DNA of 64,000 nucleotides, taken from positions 120,902 to 184,901 of the IMG/VR virus record IMGVR_UViG_3300037483_000453; one strand, written 5' to 3'. A program made the position numbers and the translations under genes. Under the pieces are notes generated by a model. That model made no database searches. It was not told the DNA's origin and saw only the letters and a list, made by a program, of their open reading frames with translations. The DNA is from a virus. The stretch's first letter is position 1, and each line of letters starts with the position of its first letter. Positions 1 through 10,125 of this stretch are shown here, one piece after another.

Positions 1-167
1 CCCCGTATCATCTCCGTGCAACACATTTCGATCATGACTGTCGCGTCACCAAAGCTTGTAGGTTCTAGGAATGTAGTCCGCATGGTATTACTCCTTTTTG
101 CGGGAGCTATTGACAGAACACTAATGCACTGAGAGTAGAAAGTCCAATGGTCAATAAATGCGGAGGT

Positions 168-377
168 CTAGTCTGGGATGATGGCGTCACAAGTGTACCC
201 ACAGTTAGTACATTTGCAGTTGTACCATTGTCCCACAACTTCTGATGGTCCAGCCTGCCGCGCATCGAGCTTACGCTCGAGCGTTCCTTTGCAGTTAGGG
301 CATATACCAGATCGAATAAGGGCGTTTTCGGCCTTGATAGCCTTCAGGTGCTGTAGATACCCGAGTTGTTCCTTCAT
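168..377 (-). CDS. Small Zn-ribbon hypothetical protein
   Basis: ATG 377 preceded by GGAGA; CPNC and CTNC pairs. Confidence 0.55.
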   Translation of the reverse strand: MKEQLGYLQHLKAIKAENALIRSGICPNCKGTLERKLDARQAGPSEVVGQWYNCKCTNCGYTCDAIIPD

Positions 378-420
378 AGTTTCTCCGTGGGGCTGGGGCG
401 CACAAGGGCAGTCACCATTG

Positions 421-453
421 GAAGCTAAAAGAGAGGGCAAAAGCCCTCCCTCT
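421..453 (-). terminator. Intrinsic terminator-like hairpin with TTTTAGCTTC tail
   Basis: Minus strand GAGGGC-TTTT-GCCCTC stem followed by TTTTAGCTTC, just after the stop of 461..853. Confidence 0.55.
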
Positions 454-460
454 ACACTCT

Positions 461-853
461 TCACCCGATCCAGCGCTTCAACCCGATCCAGCTCAGCTGG
501 CTCGCGATCATGACGACGAGGCCAGTTGTTCCGACCTTCGCGCACTTCATGTTGAAGGTCTCATCCACCTGGTTGTTGGTGCGGCCCACCCCTGGCTTCG
601 CGCTTGCATGGGTCTGGTTTTGTGTCTGCTCGGTCATCCTGCTCTCCGTTTTGTTTGAGGCGAATCGCCTCGGGACATTTTTCTTATCACTGTGTTTCTG
701 CGATTTTGCTAGCTCTGGGCGCATCAACCCACTTTTGTAGTAGGCATTCATGAGCGCCTCCGCGCTCATGTGGTGCACCAGGGGCCTTGGTGGTTTTCGT
801 GACCTCTTGGACCCCTCTTTTACTGCCACTTCCTTTGCTGTGCCATCCTCCAT
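461..853 (-). CDS. Hypothetical basic protein
   Basis: ORF with AAGGAG RBS before ATG 853. Confidence 0.5.
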   Translation of the reverse strand: MEDGTAKEVAVKEGSKRSRKPPRPLVHHMSAEALMNAYYKSGLMRPELAKSQKHSDKKNVPRRFASNKTESRMTEQTQNQTHASAKPGVGRTNNQVDETFNMKCAKVGTTGLVVMIASQLSWIGLKRWIG

Positions 854-863
854 GGGGTCTCCT

Positions 864-1103
864 TCACTCGGCCCTATGTGACTGCTTGCGCTGCAACCCC
901 CGCCTGAAGGCGGACACTTTGTCTTCGTTGGTCATGGTGTCCCACAACCGAAGGTCATCCTCGGTCACTACGACTTTGATGTCCTTCTCCACAAATGACC
1001 GCCCAGGTCTTTTGTGGAGTATGTCCTTCAAGTAGCAGTGCTGGACCAGTACTTCATCGATGGCCAGGAGGCACGCTGCAACTCCTATAAGTGCTGTAAC
1101 CAT
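864..1103 (-). CDS. Hypothetical protein with N-terminal hydrophobic segment
   Basis: GGAAGGAGA RBS; GATAAGA motif at 1123-1129 upstream. Confidence 0.55.
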   Translation of the reverse strand: MVTALIGVAACLLAIDEVLVQHCYLKDILHKRPGRSFVEKDIKVVVTEDDLRLWDTMTNEDKVSAFRRGLQRKQSHRAE

Positions 1104-1157
1104 ATTCGTCTCCTTCCATGTGTCTTATCCCTGGCTGTTACACGTTTTTTCATAGGT

Positions 1158-1178
1158 AAAAAGGCGCCGGGCGGCGCC
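1158..1178 (-). terminator. Intrinsic terminator
   Basis: GGCGCC-GCCC-GGCGCC followed by TTTTT on the minus strand. Confidence 0.6.
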
Positions 1179-1328
1179 AAGAACCCGGTGCCTACTAAGA
1201 CACCGGGTCCTCTCGGAGAGAGATGTTGAAGGAGACCCCTCGACAAGGTGCCCCACCCGGCGACTCGAACCCACTGGGGCTCTTAACAACAGCAGCTGCC
1301 ACCCAGAGCTTGCTACTCCTGTCCATGG
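1179..1328 (-). ncRNA. Candidate structured small RNA (alternatively a 43-aa sORF 1195..1326)
   Basis: Lies between a GATAAGA motif and a terminator; contains GGGTTCGAGTC (T-loop-like) and the hairpin ACCCGGTG/CACCGGGT. Confidence 0.3.
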
Positions 1329-1412
1329 TTCTTATCCCTGCAAACACCATAGTTTTGTATGCCCGTGATAAAGTAGAAGGGCACAGCAGGGTAAACAGTA
1401 ATAGGTCAAATC

Positions 1413-4400
1413 ATGGTTATGACGAGCGCGCAGATTGCCCAAATGAATGGAGCCTTTCAGGGGCAATCCATGAATCAGATGGCATACTCGGGCATGATCG
1501 CCCAGCAGTCTCCCTACTCGGGAGAACGCATGGCCGGCAGCACTATGAATACACTGGGTGCCCTCGCTTCCCCAGTTGCCATGGGGGGCATGGCACTCGC
1601 TGGCCTTGACCCGATTTCCATGGGTATACGGGGCGGCATGGCCGGAGCGGGCATGGGTACCGCTGGTATGGCTGCTGGAGCGATTGGGGGAGCAGCCATG
1701 GTTGCAGCCCCGTTGATGGCTGCCCAGTATATGGGTGGGCAGTTTATGCAGGGCGCTCAGCAACACCAACAGCTGGGTGGACAGCTTCGCTCGAGTTTCG
1801 GTTTTCAGAATCAGTTTGGTGGCAATGGCTTTACCGGTGGCCAGGTGGGTCAGATTGGTTCCGCGATGCGCGGGATGGTTGGAGAGCAAGGCCCCGGCGG
1901 TGAGATGGTCAGTTTTGATGAACTCGGACGACTAGCGTCAAACATGGGGCGCATGGGGATGGGCCAAGGCGTCCGCAATGCCAAGGATTTCACTGATAAG
2001 TTCAAGACGATGGTGAAGTCTCTAAAGGAGATTGCCTCTGAGATGGGCACGTCACTTGAGGAAGCTCAGAAGATGATGGCCGGCATGAAGCAATCCGGTG
2101 TCTTCGGTAATGCGAACCAGGTCGCGATGTCTCGTCAAATCCGTATTGGTGCCCAGGCTGGTGGATTAGCCACCTCTGAGCTCACGGGCATGGCTTCTGT
2201 GGGTTCACAGATTTCTCGTATGGTGGGCGGACGTGGTGCCGCCGGCGCCGCTGGTGGCGTAGAGACCATTACCAATATAGGGGTGGCCCAACAGATGGGC
2301 ATTCTCAGCGAGGAGGACATCTACAACCAAACCGGAGAGGTTGGGGCCATGGGCCGGCGATCAATGGCCGTGGGCGGTATGGAACGCGCGGCCCGTTTCT
2401 ACAAGAGTGGTATGGGCCGTAGGATGCTTGCTGCAATGGCCGGTAAGAACGGGCAGCTTGATGAGTCTGACGCTGAAGAGATCGCTGAGGGTGGTGTGAG
2501 CGTAAACAGAACGCGCCAGATGTGGAAAGAAAACCTAGCGGGAGTAGGGCAGGCTAACTTTATCCGAAACGAGGGCAAGTTACGGGGCGAAGCGCTGAAG
2601 CGCTTTGGGGCCCTGGGGCCAGCTATGTGGATGAAGTCACTGATGGAACAAAAGGGCATCGATGTAAATGAGGACAACGACCGTGCCATGCTGTTCCTGC
2701 AGCGCCGGATGAAGATGGGGGTTGATGAGGCTAGTAATGAACTGAAAATGATCCAGAACCTTCCAGCTATCCTCAAGGAACGTAAGGTCGTTGGCCAAGA
2801 GGAGAGCATGGCTCAGCGTATGAAGGCGCGTCAGCAGACGACAGGTATTGAAGGGTTGAAGCGCAAGCTTGACCGGGCTGTTACCGAAGTGAATGGTGAT
2901 ATCCAGCAGGCTGGAGCAGGCTTCATGCAAAACCTTGAGAACGAGTTTGAAGGCATGGTCAACTGGTTGACCGAAACACGTGTGAAAGAGTTTCGACGTG
3001 ATGTTGTGCGTGCCCTAGACCGGGGGCGAGGTGGGGGTAGCTCAGGTAATGCGGCCATGGCCCAGACATTCGGTGTTGGAGGGGGTGTTGCATCCAACCT
3101 ACGTCAAGTGGCCGGTAAGGTAGGTGGAGGGGATGTTGCATTCAACCTGTCAGAGTTGCAGGAGAACAGTAGGGTCGGCCGTGGCATTGTGAGTAAGGCC
3201 ATGGGTATGGGAGGTGGCTTTGTAAATGAGTTCAACCGCGTAGACCGTGAACGACTGTCAAAGTCAGGTTACTCAGTCGGTGAGAACTTGGACAAGGCTG
3301 GCATACAGGCACGTCTGAAGGAAATACAGTCATTCGCTGGTGCAGCCACTGGTCGTGGCATTGACGTCAGTCTCACCAAAGACGCGCGGTCGAGTATGCG
3401 TGAGGCATTTGCCAACCAGGTAACAGGTACCGGTGAGGCCCGGGCGCGGAGTGTGCAAAAGATGCTTTTGTCTTCAGGTGACCCAGAAATGAAGAAGCTG
3501 GGCGAACAGATGGGAAATGCGACACCCAGCGAGAAGGGCAACATTATTGCTGGTGTGAACCGTGCCCTGGGGATCTCTGATGAGAGTAAGCTCTACGCAA
3601 CTGGTGACTCCCTCGGAGTCTACAATACATCCGAATACCTAACTGTTAGAGACCAGTCAGAGGCAATCGGCGGGAGCTTACTAGGGTCCAGGGACGAGGG
3701 TCTGATTACCTCTGCAGCTCGGGCTGGGCTTTCGGGGTTCAAAAAGGGGGGAAGCGTATGGGGCGCCTCGGCTATGGTGGGTGATATTGGCAAGCGCTTG
3801 TTTGGGCTTGATGAGGCCACCAACCTCCGGGCAGATGTCGGAAGATTTGCGAGAACAGAAGAGGCACGGGGACTGGCAGCCAGGGCTATCGGGACTGATG
3901 CAGGAGCGAGGGAGGCTGCACGTGGCGAAGTCACCAGCAAGATGATCGCTCTCAAGCAGAAGCAAGCAGAAGCTGAACGCTCAGGCGGTGAGTTCAGTAG
4001 TAAGGGGGAGCTCGAGTACCTTCGAAGTGTCCAGGCAGCCCAAAAAATGCAGAGTATTGGTGGTGCCGGCGCTTCTAAGAAGGCAGTGGCAGCAGCCGCC
4101 AAGTCAATGGGCATGACCCCTGACGAGTTTAGTAATCGAGTGGGCGGTGTCGTAGGCGTTGTCATGAACGACCAGCGTGAAGCTGTGATGGCGCTTGATG
4201 GTGTTCAGTCGAAGGCCCGCATGACAAGCATGACCGATAGTGGGCTGGTTGTAATTGGCAAGGATGGTAAGGCCGAACTTAGGGGTGAGGTGGCTGATGC
4301 CCTAGGCGATATACCAGGCGGTAAGTTTCTAAAAGCGATGATTGAGGAGGAGAGCAAGCTTGCCGGCCTTGAGGAGGGTAACCTAGCTGGTAATCAGGCT

Positions 4401-4982
4401 ATTCTTGAAGACGTGGGGGGCAGGGGCGGTGCCATTGAGCGCAGGAACGAGGCTCTTGGGCAAATGTCGGTGTCTGGCATGCGCAGTGCGGCTGATACCC
4501 TGCGTGGGAAGGGTGCGCCTGAGATTCGCCAGATGCTCCTACATAAAGCAGGCCTGCGTGATCGCCTCGCCAAGGGTGGCAAGTCTCACATACTTCGTAA
4601 CCTGTCCGGTGCACTGGGTGCAGGGCTGGATAAGGATGAACTGTTGGCAGCTCTTAAGGGCGGTGGTGAGGCTGGTGTCGTAGAGGCTCTTGTGGGTGGT
4701 ACTGGTATTGAGTCAGAAGCCGGTAAGACAGCCATCAAGGAAGCAACCGCAGCGATGCAGAAGGGTGATATTGCCACTGCCGAGGAGAAGATTTCTGGCC
4801 TGGGTGGAGAGCTGCAGGAGGCTAGGAAAAAGAAGACCCTGGCAGCACAGAAGGACTCTAACCCGCTGCAGGTGGAGGCCAATCAGTTCCTGAAGGGCAT
4901 TGAGGAAGTGCTGAAGGAGCAGAAGACCACAATGACGAGGATTGCGTCAAATACGGAGCCAATCTTTGGCTCATCTGAATAG
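1413..4982 (+). CDS. Tape-measure-like virion protein (1189 aa)
   Basis: Long Gly/Ala/Met-rich, predicted helical ORF heading a co-oriented cluster of large genes. Confidence 0.55.
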   Translation: MVMTSAQIAQMNGAFQGQSMNQMAYSGMIAQQSPYSGERMAGSTMNTLGALASPVAMGGMALAGLDPISMGIRGGMAGAGMGTAGMAAGAIGGAAMVAAPLMAAQYMGGQFMQGAQQHQQLGGQLRSSFGFQNQFGGNGFTGGQVGQIGSAMRGMVGEQGPGGEMVSFDELGRLASNMGRMGMGQGVRNAKDFTDKFKTMVKSLKEIASEMGTSLEEAQKMMAGMKQSGVFGNANQVAMSRQIRIGAQAGGLATSELTGMASVGSQISRMVGGRGAAGAAGGVETITNIGVAQQMGILSEEDIYNQTGEVGAMGRRSMAVGGMERAARFYKSGMGRRMLAAMAGKNGQLDESDAEEIAEGGVSVNRTRQMWKENLAGVGQANFIRNEGKLRGEALKRFGALGPAMWMKSLMEQKGIDVNEDNDRAMLFLQRRMKMGVDEASNELKMIQNLPAILKERKVVGQEESMAQRMKARQQTTGIEGLKRKLDRAVTEVNGDIQQAGAGFMQNLENEFEGMVNWLTETRVKEFRRDVVRALDRGRGGGSSGNAAMAQTFGVGGGVASNLRQVAGKVGGGDVAFNLSELQENSRVGRGIVSKAMGMGGGFVNEFNRVDRERLSKSGYSVGENLDKAGIQARLKEIQSFAGAATGRGIDVSLTKDARSSMREAFANQVTGTGEARARSVQKMLLSSGDPEMKKLGEQMGNATPSEKGNIIAGVNRALGISDESKLYATGDSLGVYNTSEYLTVRDQSEAIGGSLLGSRDEGLITSAARAGLSGFKKGGSVWGASAMVGDIGKRLFGLDEATNLRADVGRFARTEEARGLAARAIGTDAGAREAARGEVTSKMIALKQKQAEAERSGGEFSSKGELEYLRSVQAAQKMQSIGGAGASKKAVAAAAKSMGMTPDEFSNRVGGVVGVVMNDQREAVMALDGVQSKARMTSMTDSGLVVIGKDGKAELRGEVADALGDIPGGKFLKAMIEEESKLAGLEEGNLAGNQAILEDVGGRGGAIERRNEALGQMSVSGMRSAADTLRGKGAPEIRQMLLHKAGLRDRLAKGGKSHILRNLSGALGAGLDKDELLAALKGGGEAGVVEALVGGTGIESEAGKTAIKEATAAMQKGDIATAEEKISGLGGELQEARKKKTLAAQKDSNPLQVEANQFLKGIEEVLKEQKTTMTRIASNTEPIFGSSE

Positions 4983-4998
4983 CATTGAGGACAAGTCG

Positions 4999-5268
4999 AT
5001 GAAATCTTTGTTGTTCCAGGAAGGTGCGTCTTTTAGTGAGCCGCCGGGATGCTCTGCCCTGCCCTGCAGGCAGGAGGCTACGGTCAATCTGAAGAAGAAC
5101 GGGCGTATCTATCGATTTGTGGTTCGAGATCGGATTGTGCCCGAGGACCCCCTGCTCATGTTAACAAAGGCCATTGCTTTCTCTATCCAGACGGGTGAGG
5201 CGTACAATGGAACTTCTCCTAGCCGTGCGCTAAAGGACTTTCTCATCAAGGACAGCGTGGTTATCTAA
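4999..5268 (+). CDS. Hypothetical protein
   Basis: ATG 4999 after GAGG; TAATG overlap with the next gene. Confidence 0.55.
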   Translation: MKSLLFQEGASFSEPPGCSALPCRQEATVNLKKNGRIYRFVVRDRIVPEDPLLMLTKAIAFSIQTGEAYNGTSPSRALKDFLIKDSVVI

Positions 5269-7004
5269 TGGCCGTGTTCATAGAAGTGGTAACCGACCCA
5301 TTTGAGGAGAACCGTAGCCAGGAGGTCAGTATCCAACGTGGTGGTGACGATTCTCGTACTGTGGGTGGTCGTCGTATTGCTCGTCGCCCCCTACGAGGTC
5401 TCGAGATAAAGGAAGACCGGGTAGCTGCCATAAAGGTAGTTCAGTCTGATGGCACAGAGATCCCACTAGTGGATGCGGGCAGCCCTTATGGTGACGGCCA
5501 AACACAGGCAGGTTACACCAACTTCATCATCCAGAGTGTGACAGAGGCACGGATGGAGAAGCACCAGATTGTCGAGACGTTTGGTGAGTCCTACATCTTC
5601 TTTTTCGGCGAGGCTCCACGTTTTTTAGATGTGCAGATGGTCGTCATTAACTCTCACGACTTCAACTGGGAGGCCGAATGGTGGGAGAACTACGAGCGTC
5701 ATTTCCGTGGCACGCGCCTGGTGGAGATGGGGGCACGGTTGTACATGTTCTATGACGATAACATCGTCGAGGGTTACATGCTCAACTCGCAAGCGTCAAA
5801 GATGTCTGACCAACCGCTTATGGTTCAGATGAACTTCCGGCTGTTCCTCACTGGATATCGGAACATCACTTTTGTGGGCAACCCTCAGTACCCTATTCGA
5901 GCGAGTGTGGTTTTGCCGGATGGCGTCAACCTTAGAGATCCCAGCGCCACCGACAGTATCGTTTCAAACTTGCGAGACTTGGCACGTAATGACGCCTTGG
6001 CCGTGGGGGCAGCAGATGCAGAAAGTGTACTAGCTTCACAGTCTAGTGGTTTCTCTGACAGAACACGCTTGCGAAACTACCTTCGGTCAGCACCTGCTAC
6101 AGGGGCAGTGTCTCCTAGCACCGTACAGTTGATTGAGCGCTTAGGCGGTGTAGATGAGATTACCATCACAAACCGAGGGGGAGCCCTGAGAGGAAAGATC
6201 TCTGAGAACTTGGATGAGTACCTGGGTGTGTCCAGTGAGGGCGTAGGTTCTACGAGCTTTGAGCATGGCACTTTGGGCATACCTCCTCTCCAGGCGCAGA
6301 CAGTGCGTTCCCAGCAAGAGGTGGATGACTTGTGGCAAGAATCCATTAGACGCATAGGGCTGCTTGGGGCAGACATCAACAACCCACAGGCCCTGAATGA
6401 CCTTGGGCTTATGCCAATCGTCGCAGGTGGTATTGGGCCAGGTGTGGGAGGAGCCAGTGGGTTTGGTAGGGGTTTCTCCTTCACTCCTAGTGCAGGGGCA
6501 TCTTATGGGGACAGCCTAACCAGTTCATTGGTGCCAGCCAACGCTGCCTATGATCAACAGAGTAGAGATCCTTTGGGCGCGGTGTTTGGTGGTGGTGCAA
6601 GTGCCCAGATTAGCTCGAGGTTCACTATCCAGGGCGGTGGAGACCGGGAATATGGATACGAGAGTTCCTTTGCGTCGGGACCTGGCTATGGCAAACCGGG
6701 TTACGGGGACTACGGAGGTAACGGTTACGGCAGCGGCCAGGGCGCAGGTGGAGACCCGGGCTTTAGAAGCCCAGACCTCTTCAGCTACGAGGGGGTATCT
6801 GACAATGTGGCGGCATTCAACCGATTCAATAAGCCAAAGAGGAACAATACGGTGTTTGGGTCAGCTAGTGCCAGGATAGGTCTAGGAGCGAGCAGTACCG
6901 GCTCTGCTGGTGGTGCCAGCTCGAATATCTCAGGACGTCCATCAGCCTTTGCCATCATCTCCACCGATGGCGAGGCTGTTTGGGCTGAGAGCATCGACTT
7001 CTAG
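5268..7004 (+). CDS. Putative tail/baseplate structural protein (578 aa)
   Basis: Beta-rich N-terminal domain, Gly/Ser-rich C-terminus; follows the tape-measure-like gene. Confidence 0.45.
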   Translation: MAVFIEVVTDPFEENRSQEVSIQRGGDDSRTVGGRRIARRPLRGLEIKEDRVAAIKVVQSDGTEIPLVDAGSPYGDGQTQAGYTNFIIQSVTEARMEKHQIVETFGESYIFFFGEAPRFLDVQMVVINSHDFNWEAEWWENYERHFRGTRLVEMGARLYMFYDDNIVEGYMLNSQASKMSDQPLMVQMNFRLFLTGYRNITFVGNPQYPIRASVVLPDGVNLRDPSATDSIVSNLRDLARNDALAVGAADAESVLASQSSGFSDRTRLRNYLRSAPATGAVSPSTVQLIERLGGVDEITITNRGGALRGKISENLDEYLGVSSEGVGSTSFEHGTLGIPPLQAQTVRSQQEVDDLWQESIRRIGLLGADINNPQALNDLGLMPIVAGGIGPGVGGASGFGRGFSFTPSAGASYGDSLTSSLVPANAAYDQQSRDPLGAVFGGGASAQISSRFTIQGGGDREYGYESSFASGPGYGKPGYGDYGGNGYGSGQGAGGDPGFRSPDLFSYEGVSDNVAAFNRFNKPKRNNTVFGSASARIGLGASSTGSAGGASSNISGRPSAFAIISTDGEAVWAESIDF

Positions 7005-7006
7005 TC

Positions 7007-10000
7007 ATGCCGGGGTTTGGGCAGCGCTTACGCCTTAGGCTTTTCTTGGAGGGCATAGAGATTCCCGTCATCTCGGCGAACGTGCAGGCGGCGCCAAACA
7101 GCCCAACTGCATGCTCAATACAGATCCCGCCCCTAGCAGAGGGAACACGGCTGCTGCCCAGGACACTAGTGCACGTGTTCTTCCTGGATGACTATGAGTC
7201 CAAACTTCCCTACATGACAATGGGGAACAAGCGCACTGGTACCCAGCGACGCACACCTACCGAATACCAACGAGATGAGGATAGTCTTAATGGTTTCATT
7301 TCTAATCTGGCTGACTCAGGTGACGTAGCACAAGCAAATGCCGGCGCAGAAAACCAACCGCTGGGATCATCCATCACTCAGTACAAGCTCTTATTTGGTG
7401 GTGAGATAGTTGGCTTCGTTTGGAACAAGAATCAAGCAAACCGGGCGCTGGTGCTCCAATGCATGGACTGGTCCAACTACTGGGATTACGCCTATCAATA
7501 TTCCAACACAGGTATCTTTGGCCCCGGTCGCAAAGCCATGTTCTCCGGTGGGGCCACCAACCTCTTTACCGACTTCTTGGAGGGCAAGGGTAGCGTCATC
7601 ACAAGGATCGTTGCCTCTGGACGTTGTAACAGCTTTCCAAAGCTGAAGGGGTTAGCCGCGGGCATCATACGGCTCATGGAGGCCATTGGTGGCACCTACT
7701 ACCCAAACCCGGGTGCGGCTAGTCAGAAGCGCTTGGCAGGGCAAAACCTGTTCTTCTCAACAGCAGAGTTGCGGCTGCATATCACACATATGGTGGCGGC
7801 GATTGAGAATGACAAAACGTCACAGACATTACTGAGACGTCACGGCTGGCACCGGCTCTTTAGCAGGCAGCTGGGTGGCCTGGGCGGCCAGGTGAGCATA
7901 CGTAAGGCCATCAACGCGTTGCAAGGGATCATCTTCCACGAGACGTATGGGCAGCCCTGCCCATATTACCGGCCAGGCTTGGATAATACAGTCTCAGGCC
8001 AGAAGCGCATGAGGCTAGTTGACTCTCCTCAGTTTAGCAACGTAGCGACAATAGCAGAGCAGGTAAGAAGCTCGGTTGAAGCCATCTCAGTTTTACTGCA
8101 GTCGGTCACATCAGAGCAGATTGCGTCAGTGGGCGGGTCTTCCACGTTTAGGGCAAGTATCAGCCAGCGGCTGGGGGCACAGCGCAAGCTGCTCAACAGG
8201 TTGCAGGCAACTGTCACAACCCAGAGAGCCCCATCATCAGCCAAGTCTCTCATCAGCCATTCTACCAGGAAGATCACAACGGCCTCCACCCGCTTTAGGC
8301 GGTGGAGACTTAGCGCACCCGAAGCGGTGCGCACAGGGGTGACTAAACAGTTGGATGAGGTGGTTTCTGATCTCAGCCGTCTCAGCAGGCTGACCATCAA
8401 TCTCACGCCCAGGGGAATGCAGCAGCCCGCTCGATTGAACCAGCATATCCTGCGTCCAGACATCTGGTTTGGGGCACCACCACGATGCAACGTGCTGTTT
8501 CCCGAGGACTATGACTCGATCAGCTACCAGCGCATGTTCATGCAGGAGCCGACTCGCCTGTTACTGAAGACCAACGATGAGTTTTTTGGCGAGGACTTTT
8601 TGTTTGACAAGCTTTACTTTGCTCCACAAACAAGCTCGGTGAAAAAGAACAAGGCTCAGATGCGCAGTATGATGAACGGCGATTTGCTCGACCATGAGCT
8701 ATTCACCGGTATTCTGCCTGTGTTTGAGAAGAGCGGCGAGTTCAACGTATTTGCCAGCAAGAGCGGCACACAGAAGCAGATGAACAAGGTAGGGTTCGCT
8801 CAACGCTCTGCCAACTTCTTGTACTTCAAGTACCGCTTCAACGCTCGACGTATGCGTGTGAGCGGTAGATTCAACCCCTTCATAGCCTGTGGGTTTCCGG
8901 GGCTCATTATTGACAAGCCTGTGGATGGTCCAACGGCGGCTCTGCATAATGAGCTACGTGCCAAGCAAAACCTACCAAGGTCTGAGATCTCCCAAACACT
9001 GGGCACCAACTTTCTGGGCAACTTCACCGAGGTAAGTCACTCTATATCCCAGTCTGAGAGCCATGGCAGGACGGAGATCAGCTGCAGCTACCCTCGTCAG
9101 GTGGAGGAGTCTGTTGAGTTCCTGGGCGCAGCTGAGGTGGTGCAGACTGTGCGGCGTAAAGTGGGTGAGACCATGAGGTCTACAGATGTGGCTGCTATCA
9201 ATGCTCCCAAAATCTTGTCGTTTGGTCCTAACGGTGGGCGCATCAAGAACGTCACTGACGTCACTGCGTCCTACAACTCCGGTAGTGTAGAGAACCGCGT
9301 AGCCCTCTACCAAGCAAAGGGCAGAAAGGGAGGTCGGGTACAGCGCGTAGATGTCCCGGTAGGCGTGCCCACTAGCGGCCATGCCTTAGGTTCAGAGGAT
9401 GTGACTGAGCTGACAGGAGGTCCTACCAGGTCCGTTGTTTTCAGGGCGTACCGTGTCGAAGAGGAGGTACCACGCTTCCGACGTGAAGCTGCGGATATCC
9501 CAGCTGAAGTTTTGATGACTCCAGGTTGGTATGACAACACGGTATGGAACACGGCAAATATTGGTAAGGCGTATCAAGAACTCTTTGGCACCGGCTCCAT
9601 CACAGACCCACAGACCGTCAATGACAATCTAGGTGGCTCGAGTGTGCCATCTGAGTCTTCGGTAGAGGCCACCGAGAGATCTGAGGAGGCCAGTAGCATC
9701 GAAGACCCTCGCAATGATGCACTTGCATACCTCAGTCTTGATGAGGGCTCTAGCATCCAGGATGCAGTGGATTTCTTGACCCTCACCTACAGCTTCATTA
9801 GACAAAATGGGTACAATGTTGACGAGTTCAAGCGTGCGTATGCCTGGCGTCCCATTGCCACAATGGTGGACATTTTTGGCACTACCAACCTCGAGTTCTC
9901 ATCTGACGGTCAGGATGTCATTAGTGGGATCGAAGGGTTTCACTCCCGTGCTTTTGGTCCGTATGATGACCTGTTTGGTTTGGTGAGCCCCGAAATAGAA

Positions 10001-10123
10001 AACATCCTAGGTATCAAGCGGGGCAGTGCGAGTGCACAAAAAGCAGACACTCGAAAGCGAAAGCAGGAGGCTGTGCAGCACCTCTCTGCCTCTCTAACAC
10101 ACTCACGAGGTATACTCGGGTAG
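7007..10123 (+). CDS. Putative baseplate hub/tail protein (1038 aa)
   Basis: Large coupled ORF; N-terminal LFLEGIEIPVISANV beta pattern reminiscent of hub proteins; position in the module. Confidence 0.4.
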   Translation: MPGFGQRLRLRLFLEGIEIPVISANVQAAPNSPTACSIQIPPLAEGTRLLPRTLVHVFFLDDYESKLPYMTMGNKRTGTQRRTPTEYQRDEDSLNGFISNLADSGDVAQANAGAENQPLGSSITQYKLLFGGEIVGFVWNKNQANRALVLQCMDWSNYWDYAYQYSNTGIFGPGRKAMFSGGATNLFTDFLEGKGSVITRIVASGRCNSFPKLKGLAAGIIRLMEAIGGTYYPNPGAASQKRLAGQNLFFSTAELRLHITHMVAAIENDKTSQTLLRRHGWHRLFSRQLGGLGGQVSIRKAINALQGIIFHETYGQPCPYYRPGLDNTVSGQKRMRLVDSPQFSNVATIAEQVRSSVEAISVLLQSVTSEQIASVGGSSTFRASISQRLGAQRKLLNRLQATVTTQRAPSSAKSLISHSTRKITTASTRFRRWRLSAPEAVRTGVTKQLDEVVSDLSRLSRLTINLTPRGMQQPARLNQHILRPDIWFGAPPRCNVLFPEDYDSISYQRMFMQEPTRLLLKTNDEFFGEDFLFDKLYFAPQTSSVKKNKAQMRSMMNGDLLDHELFTGILPVFEKSGEFNVFASKSGTQKQMNKVGFAQRSANFLYFKYRFNARRMRVSGRFNPFIACGFPGLIIDKPVDGPTAALHNELRAKQNLPRSEISQTLGTNFLGNFTEVSHSISQSESHGRTEISCSYPRQVEESVEFLGAAEVVQTVRRKVGETMRSTDVAAINAPKILSFGPNGGRIKNVTDVTASYNSGSVENRVALYQAKGRKGGRVQRVDVPVGVPTSGHALGSEDVTELTGGPTRSVVFRAYRVEEEVPRFRREAADIPAEVLMTPGWYDNTVWNTANIGKAYQELFGTGSITDPQTVNDNLGGSSVPSESSVEATERSEEASSIEDPRNDALAYLSLDEGSSIQDAVDFLTLTYSFIRQNGYNVDEFKRAYAWRPIATMVDIFGTTNLEFSSDGQDVISGIEGFHSRAFGPYDDLFGLVSPEIENILGIKRGSASAQKADTRKRKQEAVQHLSASLTHSRGILG

Positions 10124-10125
10124 CC

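Noticed and set aside
1249-1312. Canonical tRNA suggested by GGTTCGAGTC
   Set aside because: The T-stem does not pair (GTGGG/CGCCG) and no D or anticodon arms fit; kept only as an unclassified RNA candidate.
1332-1889. Minus ORF 185 aa and many other antisense ORFs inside the large structural genes
   Set aside because: Fully nested antisense to well-supported long CDSs; no RBS or motifs.
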